IMG/VR virus record: IMGVR_UViG_3300045988_010385
Span: 1 to 5,874 of that record
Reading direction: 5' to 3' (one strand)
Source: a virus
DNA: 5,874 nucleotides
Shown: positions 1-5,414 of the stretch, piece by piece
Layout of the letters: every line of letters begins with the position of its first letter
How positions within the stretch are numbered: the stretch's first letter is position 1
Notes under the pieces: generated by a model
What the model was told of the DNA's origin: nothing
Database searches by the model: none
The model's input: only the letters and a program-made list of their open reading frames with translations
Position numbers and translations under genes: made by a program

Positions 1-55
1 AAGCATGACGAAGATGAATGGTTTGCAGTAATCGGGAACACAATCATTTCACGAG
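1..55. repeat. Terminal redundancy, copy 1. It is identical to 5820..5874 and marks circular closure of a 5819-nt genome.
   Basis: A base-by-base read shows 1..55 (aagcatgacg...tttcacgag) equals 5820..5874. A 55-nt exact end overlap is the typical signature of a circular contig from a k=55 de Bruijn assembly. Confidence 0.95.
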
Positions 56-186
56 GAACATATAAGACTAAAGAAGAATGTATTAATGACCTGGAAAAAA
101 CCGATTATGAACAAGTTTGCAAAATTGCTATGGCAATTGCTATGGCTATTAAGGATTATAAACCGGAAAAAGTAAAAGAAGTATGA
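1..186 (+). CDS. 3' part of a junction-spanning 83-aa hypothetical protein. Its ATG is at 5754, and positions 1..55 duplicate 5820..5874.
   Basis: Frame 1 is open from base 1 to TGA 184..186. Joined through the circular junction it reads MEKNENNYNEVYKGITRVIKTKKHDEDEWFAVIGNTIISRGTYKTKEECINDLEKTDYEQVCKIAMAIAMAIKDYKPEKVKEV. The stop overlaps the VP1 start (gtATGA), which suggests translational coupling. No family was recognised. Confidence 0.6.
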   Translation, partial: KHDEDEWFAVIGNTIISRGTYKTKEECINDLEKTDYEQVCKIAMAIAMAIKDYKPEKVKEV

Positions 187-2174
187 AAGTAAACATCGGA
201 AAGAACACACTGGGTGACAGCAACAAGATGTCCGTAGAGTTAAAAGAATATGGACGCAGTACTCATGACCTGTCTTATGCATGGCGATCACCTATGGGGG
301 TAGGTACACTTGTACCGTTTATGAAGATACTGGCGTTGCCAGGAGATACATTCGATATCGACCTAGATACAAAAGTGCTGACACATCCAACAGTAGGACC
401 TCTATTTGGACAATTCAAAATGCAACTGGACGTATTCACGTGTCCATTGAGATTATACCAGGCTCAATTACACAACAATGCACTAAATATCGGGCTGGAA
501 ATGAAAAAAGTAAAGTTACCTAAATTCGTACACAGCTACAAAACACTGGAGGGAGACACGGGTGATTTAAGGAGGTCAAAAAAAACAGGAAAAGGGAGTC
601 TAGCGGAATACCTAGGATTAAGATATGAACCTATAAGAGACAAAATCGACAATGTCAATGCAATACCTTACTTTGCATATTACGACGTATTCAAAAATTA
701 CTATGCGAACAAGCAGGAAGCGTACTTTATGGTGATGGGAGGTAGTACAATTGTAAATGGGGCAACCATTACTACAAGTGATTTTAAAGGGACAAAAAAC
801 GGATTAAGCAATACTGTATTAAAATGTACCGAAATAGCTACCATAACAATCACAGGGACGGATATCAAATTGGAAGACATAAAAGAATTTCAATTTAGCG
901 TAGATGGAAATACGGTAGTAATGCCATACAAATATGGGGTAGCAGGATGGAATGTAACAACTAACGAACCCGGAAAAAAAATAGTAACCACTGTTATAGG
1001 AGAAACTTATAGATTTGAATACACTTTCCAAGGAGAACAGGGAAAAGAAATAACATTAAAAGGGAAAACACAAGAGATTAAACAAGGAACAATAGTAAAT
1101 AACTACACAAGCTCGTACAAGCTAGAGGAAATAGATAACTTAAGGGAGTATATCCTGAAGCAAGGAAGAAAACAAATAATAATCAAAGCAAATTCCACAG
1201 AAGAATGGTTAGGTTTATCATTCATTAAAGATGTATTAGTAGGAACAGGAGACAAAGAGACGAACGAACCGAATATTAAAATGCCAATCATTCAAATGGA
1301 AATGGGCGGACTATGCCTTAAAACTCTACAGAGTGATATATTCAACAACTGGGTTAATAAAGAATGGGTAGACGGAGACAACGGAATCAAAGCGATAACT
1401 GACGTAGCAATTACGGAAGGAAAACTGAACTTAGACAGCCTGAACATTGCACAAAAGGTATACAACATGCTGAACCGCATTGCGGTATCAGGAGGAAGTT
1501 ACAAAGACTGGATCGAAACTGTCTACACAACAGACTATTATTTCAGAGCAGAAACACCGGTATACGAGGGAGGTATGTCAACTATAATTGACTTCGAAGC
1601 GGTAGTAAGTAATTCAGCAAGCACGGCAAGCGGTATAGAAGAGCCATTAGGAAGCCTAGCAGGACGCGGATACAACGGGCAGAAAAAAGGCGGAAAGGTT
1701 GAGATAAAGGTCAATGAACCTTGCTATATCATGGGTATTGTGAGCATTACACCACTAGTAGACTACTCTCAGGGTAATGACTGGGACAACTGGCTAGAAA
1801 CAATGGATGACCTGCATAAGCCACAGCTGGACGGTATCGGTTATCAAGATTTGATGCAGAACAAAATGCACGGACTGGCTAAAACTGCGCTAGCAATCGG
1901 AAAGCAACCTGCATGGTTGGACTACATGACCAATTACAATAAGACATTCGCAGACTTCGCTGCAGGTGAAGAGGAAAGTTATATGGTACTAAACCGAATC
2001 TATAATGTGGACGAAAACGGAGCAATCACCAACGCAACAACGTATATTAATCCAAAAGACTACACCTATATCTTTGCAACGAACACGGAAACAAACAGAG
2101 ACTTCTGGGTGCAGATTGGTTGCGGAGTAACCGCGAGACGAGTAATGAGCGCAGCTCAGATTCCATTAATGTAA
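183..2174 (+). CDS. VP1: Microviridae major capsid protein (VP1 / F-like), 663 aa
   Basis: This is the largest ORF. The N-terminal blocks STHDLSY, LPGDTFDID and QLDVFTCPLRLY parallel the phiX174 F / gokushovirus VP1 blocks HDLSH, xGDxF and DxFTFxxPxR. Further typical blocks are YFAYYDVFKNYYANKQ, PLGSLAGRGY and RDFWVQ. The call is from remembered motifs, not a search. Confidence 0.93.
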   Translation: MKVNIGKNTLGDSNKMSVELKEYGRSTHDLSYAWRSPMGVGTLVPFMKILALPGDTFDIDLDTKVLTHPTVGPLFGQFKMQLDVFTCPLRLYQAQLHNNALNIGLEMKKVKLPKFVHSYKTLEGDTGDLRRSKKTGKGSLAEYLGLRYEPIRDKIDNVNAIPYFAYYDVFKNYYANKQEAYFMVMGGSTIVNGATITTSDFKGTKNGLSNTVLKCTEIATITITGTDIKLEDIKEFQFSVDGNTVVMPYKYGVAGWNVTTNEPGKKIVTTVIGETYRFEYTFQGEQGKEITLKGKTQEIKQGTIVNNYTSSYKLEEIDNLREYILKQGRKQIIIKANSTEEWLGLSFIKDVLVGTGDKETNEPNIKMPIIQMEMGGLCLKTLQSDIFNNWVNKEWVDGDNGIKAITDVAITEGKLNLDSLNIAQKVYNMLNRIAVSGGSYKDWIETVYTTDYYFRAETPVYEGGMSTIIDFEAVVSNSASTASGIEEPLGSLAGRGYNGQKKGGKVEIKVNEPCYIMGIVSITPLVDYSQGNDWDNWLETMDDLHKPQLDGIGYQDLMQNKMHGLAKTALAIGKQPAWLDYMTNYNKTFADFAAGEEESYMVLNRIYNVDENGAITNATTYINPKDYTYIFATNTETNRDFWVQIGCGVTARRVMSAAQIPLM

Positions 2175-2185
2175 CAACTAAGAAT

Positions 2186-2518
2186 ATGGGAAAGCCAAGA
2201 GTATTAAAAGAAAGCCATCGAGTAGGATTCTACGTGATGGAAGCCTATGAAGGCAAGACGATAGAACAGAGATGCAGAGAAATGGTAGAGACGGGCGAGC
2301 CAATCAAGGACACATCACCGTTAATATATACGCCAAAAGAAAAAGGAGTAAGACCTGAATACAACGTGCGTGCAGACAAGTGGGATATTGCTCTGGAAGC
2401 TATGAGTGCGGTGAATCGAGAAAAGATTGCCAAGGGGCAGCAGCCACCTAATGAGGGCAGGACAGAAGAAACGCCTAAAGGCGCGCCTGAACCAAATCAG
2501 GCTGGGCTACCGAGCTGA
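2186..2518 (+). CDS. Small 110-aa protein between VP1 and VP2, a candidate internal scaffolding (VP3-like) protein
   Basis: The ORF track opens at TTG 2120, inside VP1. The first ATG is at 2186, 12 nt after the VP1 stop. The product is MGKPRVLKESH...PLIYTPKEKGVRPEYNVRADKWDIALEAM..., with a Pro/Glu/Gly-rich, probably disordered tail. The YTxKxxGVxPEYxxRxDxWxIAxEAM block resembles, from memory only, small proteins found next to VP1/VP2 in other microviruses. The function is inferred from size and position. Confidence 0.55.
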   Translation: MGKPRVLKESHRVGFYVMEAYEGKTIEQRCREMVETGEPIKDTSPLIYTPKEKGVRPEYNVRADKWDIALEAMSAVNREKIAKGQQPPNEGRTEETPKGAPEPNQAGLPS

Positions 2519-2535
2519 CACTCGGGTTCAATAAC

Positions 2536-2557
2536 TGTGCGTACTTCGGTACGCACA
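2536..2557 (+). terminator. Perfect 9-bp stem-loop with a TTCG tetraloop. It may be a terminator or attenuator, or an ssDNA structural element.
   Basis: TGTGCGTAC (2536..2544), TTCG (2545..2548), GTACGCACA (2549..2557). It starts 18 nt after the stop of ORF 2186..2518. No T-run follows, so it is not a canonical intrinsic terminator. Confidence 0.35.
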
Positions 2558-2617
2558 TAGCCATATATATCGAGTAATATGTAATCGCTTTTTGAAAAAG
2601 CGCGAAAACGACACAAT

Positions 2618-3694
2618 ATGGGATTCTTAGACTTTTTAGGAAATGGAGGCTCAGGACTGATTACAGGAATTGCCAACACAATAACGGGAGCCGTACAGAA
2701 CAAAAAAGCACTGGCATGGCAGAAAGAGCAATGGCAGCAGCAGATGGACTACGGACGTGAAATGTGGGAGAAGCAGAACAAGGCAGAAGACAACCGTATG
2801 GCACTGCAGAACCAATGGAACAAGGAGGCAGCAGCGCAGACACAACAGTATGCCAAGGAGATGTTCGACTACACGGGATACGAGAACCAGGTAAAACAAA
2901 TGAAAGCTGCAGGACTGAATCCGGCGCTGATGAATGGCAGCGGAGGATCAGCAGGACAAGCAAGTGCAGGAGCTAATGTACAGCCTGCTCAAGCATTCCA
3001 GCCGATGGGAATACAGATGGCATTACAAGCACAGCAGGTAATGGCTAGCACTCAGCTGGCTAATGCTCAGGCTGAGAAGACAAGAGCCGAGGCTACGGCA
3101 CAGAACATGCAGAACCTGATAGGCAGCAGCATAGACTTAGCACAGAAGATTGGCGAGATTGGCAGGACAAAACAGGAAAAGAAAAACCTAGAGGTTACCT
3201 ATGACAAGACAGTGAAAGAAATCAAGAAGATTCAGGAAGAGGTTAATAACCTTACGCTACAGGGAGATATATTGAAAGAGAACAAAGAACTGCTTGAGTT
3301 CCAGAACGCAGCGAACAGAGTTATCAAGAACGGAATAAAATACAATGCCGATGGTAAAGGAATGGACTGGGAACAGTCAGTGCTCGTGAGATACTTCGGG
3401 CCTATCGGAAGAGACGTGGCACAATGGGATAAAGACGAGCAGCAGGCACTGTTCGACAAAGGTGTGCTAGAGCGTATGATGAAAGATATAGATGCCATTG
3501 CAACAGGTAAGGTTAACGAGTTCTCACTGTCAGGGATGAGATTTGACTTGATGCAGAAACAGTGGGAAAGAGCAGACTTCGAACTGGAGCAAGACAAAGC
3601 AGCATCGAAGCTGCTCGATGAGATGACGGGTGAAGGAGAATATGCAAGGCTACTAGGTAAGTTCTTAAAGGTACTATTAAGTTACATCAAGTAA
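2618..3694 (+). CDS. VP2: Microviridae minor capsid / DNA pilot protein (VP2, H-like), 358 aa
   Basis: The ATG is at 2618. The N-terminus is Gly-rich (MGFLDFLGNGGSGLITG) and is followed by a Q/W/N-rich block. Next comes YENQVKQMKAAGLNPALM, which contains the AGLNP motif typical of microvirus VP2. Long Ala/Gln-rich and Lys/Glu-rich stretches follow and are likely helical. The position after the capsid module also fits. Confidence 0.85.
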   Translation: MGFLDFLGNGGSGLITGIANTITGAVQNKKALAWQKEQWQQQMDYGREMWEKQNKAEDNRMALQNQWNKEAAAQTQQYAKEMFDYTGYENQVKQMKAAGLNPALMNGSGGSAGQASAGANVQPAQAFQPMGIQMALQAQQVMASTQLANAQAEKTRAEATAQNMQNLIGSSIDLAQKIGEIGRTKQEKKNLEVTYDKTVKEIKKIQEEVNNLTLQGDILKENKELLEFQNAANRVIKNGIKYNADGKGMDWEQSVLVRYFGPIGRDVAQWDKDEQQALFDKGVLERMMKDIDAIATGKVNEFSLSGMRFDLMQKQWERADFELEQDKAASKLLDEMTGEGEYARLLGKFLKVLLSYIK

Positions 3695-3780
3695 GTCGCG
3701 CGCGTACGTATATCGCACACGCACGAAATCAGATTGATGGTCATATTATGGGCGTCTCAATCGCCGACGGTTAGAATACG

Positions 3781-3850
3781 TAACAACAAGAGGTCGAACC
3801 AACTGAAGATGGCAGCGCCATCGGAAGAAGGTTGCGACCTCTCATTGTTA
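3781..3850 (+). promoter_or_regulatory. Compound 70-nt hairpin in the VP2-VP4 intergenic region
   Basis: The outer stem pairs 3781..3800 with 3830..3850. It has 6+8+4 = 18 bp, a 2x2 internal mismatch (3787-3788 / 3843-3844) and one bulged G (3834). The inner hairpin is GATGGC (3808..3813), AGC loop, GCCATC (3817..3822). The stem sequesters TTG 3832 and ATG 3850, the alternative upstream starts of the rep ORF. Confidence 0.6.
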
Positions 3851-3903
3851 TGTATGGAACATTTCGCGTAAACATTAAAGTAAAACTTAAACAATTATAT
3901 GAT

Positions 3904-4842
3904 ATGTGTCTGTATACCAAGTATATACTAAACAAAAAATATTTACCGACGAAAAAAAATAGATATAATCCGCCAGTGTGCCAAGATGAACGTCTGAGAT
4001 ATGTGCCGGTAAAGTGCGGAAAGTGTATGGAGTGTCGAAAGCAGAAGAGAAGAGAATGGTATATACGGCTGTCCGAAGAATTGAAAAAGCACAAAGGAGC
4101 ACTATTCCTGACTCTGACATTCAATGAAGAAATGTATAAAGAGGTGCGCAGAGCCGTGAAAGCAGGACTGAAGCCAACATATGAAGAGGAGAATGAGATG
4201 TGCCGTTATGCGATAAGACATTGGTTGGAACTGATACGGAAAAAAACGGGAAAGTCCGTAAAGCATTGGGTAATCACAGAGAAAGGTGAAGACTACAACC
4301 GCATACACATGCACGGTATAGTATGGTGCAGCAAAAAAGACGTAGACGCATGGCGTTACGGATATACCTACATAGGAGATTATGTCAACGGCAAGACAGT
4401 TAACTATATCACCAAGTATATGTTAAAGATAAATGAAAACTGTCCTGAATTCGAGGGAAAAGTATTCTGTAGTCAAGGTATTGGCCGAGATTACGAAAAA
4501 AGCATTAACGCAAGACGAAACAGATATCAGGGAGAACGTACTATTGAGACGTACAAGGCAGAGGACGGCAGAGAATTGCCGATGCCTAAGTATTACCACG
4601 ATAAGGTGTACTCAGAAGAAGAGCGGGAAAAATTATGGATAATCAAGCAAGAGAGAGGCTACAGATATATAGGAGGCGAAAAGTGCAGCACAGAAGACCT
4701 CGAAGAATGGGACAACTTAACAAGATATTATCAAAGACGGGGTGTAGAAGTATTCGGTGACAACCCGGAAAAATGGGAAAAAGACAAGCAGCGCAAGCGT
4801 TTGGAACGTATGCGTATTGCCAGACGTAAGATGCGCGGTTAA
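3904..4842 (+). CDS. VP4: Microviridae replication initiation protein (VP4; HUH rolling-circle endonuclease, phiX174 A-like), 312 aa from ATG 3904
   Basis: The frame is open from TTG 3832, and the first ATG is at 3850. I prefer ATG 3904 because the product then starts MCLYTKYILNKKY, as microvirus VP4 proteins do. There is a Cys cluster CGKCMEC (4015..4035), RCR motif 1 FLTLTF (4105..4122), the HUH motif HMHGIVW (4306..4326), and a twin-tyrosine motif YITKY (4405..4419; compare phiX174 A, YVAKY). The C-terminus is basic. Confidence 0.9.
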   Translation: MCLYTKYILNKKYLPTKKNRYNPPVCQDERLRYVPVKCGKCMECRKQKRREWYIRLSEELKKHKGALFLTLTFNEEMYKEVRRAVKAGLKPTYEEENEMCRYAIRHWLELIRKKTGKSVKHWVITEKGEDYNRIHMHGIVWCSKKDVDAWRYGYTYIGDYVNGKTVNYITKYMLKINENCPEFEGKVFCSQGIGRDYEKSINARRNRYQGERTIETYKAEDGRELPMPKYYHDKVYSEEEREKLWIIKQERGYRYIGGEKCSTEDLEEWDNLTRYYQRRGVEVFGDNPEKWEKDKQRKRLERMRIARRKMRG

Positions 4843-4901
4843 TAACCTGTTGATAACCTATCAAAATCGGTTAATAAACCTGTTGATAAATTGTTGATAA
4901 C
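4837..4901 (+). repeat. Iteron-like direct repeats spanning and just downstream of the rep stop codon, a candidate plus-strand origin or Rep-binding region
   Basis: GGTTAATAACCTGTTGATAA (4837..4856) and GGTTAATAAACCTGTTGATAA (4869..4889) differ by one inserted A. TGTTGATAA occurs three times (4848..4856, 4881..4889, 4892..4900). There is also an inverted repeat TTGATA-acc-TATCAA (4850..4864). Confidence 0.5.
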
Positions 4902-4948
4902 TTGGAGACTGAAAATTTGGAAATGTCAGAAAAATATATACAGAAAAT

Positions 4949-5046
4949 AGTTATGAACAATGCTAATAAATAAATGAAAAGTTATTAACAAAGTTATGAA
5001 CAGGATAAATGATTGAAAATGAATAAATTAACACAGTTATGAACAG
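4949..5046 (+). repeat. Three copies of AGTTATGAACA at an exact 43-bp period in the AT-rich non-coding region
   Basis: The copies are at 4949..4959, 4992..5002 and 5035..5045. Copies 2 and 3 extend to TTAACAnAGTTATGAACAG (4985..5003 and 5028..5046; 18/19 identical). A degenerate fourth copy, AGTTATGGAAA (5181..5191), contains the start codon of ORF 5185. Confidence 0.8.
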
Positions 5047-5076
5047 TTTCAACAGGATATCATATACATATATAAT

Positions 5077-5096
5077 TTATCGTATAGGGAAAAAAA
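5077..5096 (+). repeat. 20-nt perfect direct repeat, copy 1 (TTATCGTATAGGGAAAAAAA)
   Basis: It is identical to 5194..5213. Both copies lie downstream of an identical ATGAACAGTT word (5039..5048 and 5175..5184), which indicates a partial segmental duplication. Confidence 0.85.
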
Positions 5097-5123
5097 TATA
5101 TTATTATAATAGAAATCCAGAAA

Positions 5124-5152
5124 TTTGTATTTTGAAAAAATGTATATATTTG
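5124..5152 (+). promoter_or_regulatory. Candidate Bacteroidota-type promoter (TTTG -33-like element plus TAnnTTTG -7 box) for the small-ORF cassette and the late genes
   Basis: TATATTTG at 5145..5152 matches the Bacteroides -7 consensus TAnnTTTG. TTTG occurs at 5124..5127, 17 nt upstream of the -7 box, which is slightly shorter than the ~19-21 nt I recall. It occurs again at 5131..5134. The box lies 32 nt upstream of ATG 5185 in an otherwise non-coding AT-rich region. Confidence 0.4.
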
Positions 5153-5184
5153 CAATGCAGAAAAAACCAATTAAATGAACAGTT

Positions 5185-5403
5185 ATGGAAAAATTATCGT
5201 ATAGGGAAAAAAAAAAGAATTACAGGATAACAATTATTCTTACGGATGATATTATAGTTGAACAATATGAAACACAAGAAGGAGCCATAAAGACAGTGAC
5301 TAATATAAGGGACTTATGTCCTAATATGTTCGTAGGAGGAGCAGTTGAAGAGAAGCAAAAAAAGTGGAAAGTAATCTGGACAACAGGCCAAAAGAAAAGT
5401 TAA
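5185..5403 (+). CDS. Hypothetical small protein, 72 aa (first ORF of the accessory cassette)
   Basis: The ATG is at 5185 in the context ATGGAAAA. The product is MEKLSYREKKKNYRITIILTDDIIVEQYETQEGAIKTVTNIRDLCPNMFVGGAVEEKQKKWKVIWTTGQKKS. A 72-codon open frame is notable in AT-rich sequence. It is on the same strand as all the other genes and sits just downstream of the candidate promoter. Repeat copy 2 and an A10 run lie at codons 4-11. No family was recognised. Confidence 0.55.
   Translation: MEKLSYREKKKNYRITIILTDDIIVEQYETQEGAIKTVTNIRDLCPNMFVGGAVEEKQKKWKVIWTTGQKKS
5194..5213 (+). repeat. 20-nt perfect direct repeat, copy 2. It lies inside the 5' end of ORF 5185..5403, where the A run extends to A10 (5207..5216).
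   Basis: TTATCGTATAGGGAAAAAAA is identical to 5077..5096, 117 nt upstream. Confidence 0.85.
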
Positions 5404-5414
5404 ATATAAACAGA

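Noticed and set aside
281-523. Embedded + strand ORFs in alternative frames (281..523 in VP1, 2764..2976 in VP2, 4433..4642 in VP4), considered as phiX-style overprinted genes of the E/K/B type
   Set aside because: None has a transmembrane segment, which an E-like lysis protein would need. None shares the A-rich ATGGAAAA-type start context. Their lengths are what chance would give inside long genes. They cannot be supported without comparative data.
570-575. AGGAGG Shine-Dalgarno-like hexamer
   Set aside because: It is internal to VP1 and no start codon lies within range downstream. It encodes part of LRRS in the VP1 frame.
2060-2067. A second TAnnTTTG match (TATCTTTG) inside the 3' end of VP1, about 120 nt upstream of ORF 2186
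   Set aside because: No TTTG -33-like element lies upstream of it, and it sits inside coding sequence. A single 6-specified-base match is expected by chance in 5.8 kb.
2120-2185. Upstream non-ATG extensions suggested by the ORF track: TTG 2120, TTG 3832 (plus ATG 3850) and GTG 5364
   Set aside because: These extensions overlap the preceding gene or lie within the hairpin stem. The internal ATGs (2186, 3904, 5415) give compact, non-overlapping genes. For VP4, ATG 3904 also gives the family-typical MC... N-terminus. The VP4 start remains the least certain of the three.
3737-3871. 44-aa ORF below the track cutoff (MVILWASQSPTVRIRNNKRSNQLKMAAPSEEGCDLSLLCMEHFA) in the VP2-VP4 gap, considered as a J/ORF8-like DNA-binding peptide
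   Set aside because: Its net charge is only about +1, whereas J-like proteins are strongly basic. The ORF is largely made of the two arms of the big hairpin, so the open frame may be a by-product of the structure.
49-4864. All minus-strand ORFs in the track: 49..291, 819..1031, 1103..1291, 1292..1480, 2245..2433, 2497..2703, 2651..2899, 2661..2963, 3232..3597, 3771..4124, 3887..4120, 4102..4314 and 4643..4864
   Set aside because: Each lies antisense to a well-supported + strand gene or the adjacent intergenic DNA. Their products are Cys/Phe/Ser/Leu-rich and low in complexity, as expected from the complement of a purine-rich coding strand. Microviruses express one strand only.
4843-5184. Search for a dif-like XerC/XerD site (CATAA-N6-TTATG type), tRNA-like or CRISPR-like structure, or an integrase in or around the non-coding region
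   Set aside because: I could not find a convincing dif-like palindrome with a 6-nt spacer. The TTATGAACA in the 43-bp repeats resembles the XerD arm TTATGTTAA only weakly. No cloverleaf, no repeat-spacer array and no recombinase ORF is present.
5039-5230. 63-aa ORF (MNSFNRISYTYIIYRIGKK...) in the AT-rich control region
   Set aside because: The product is Y/I/K/N-rich and low in complexity. The ORF spans the candidate promoter and both copies of the 20-nt repeat, and its ATG is simply part of the third AGTTATGAACA repeat. It is most likely non-coding, and I keep it only as the upstream frame in the speculative frameshift finding.
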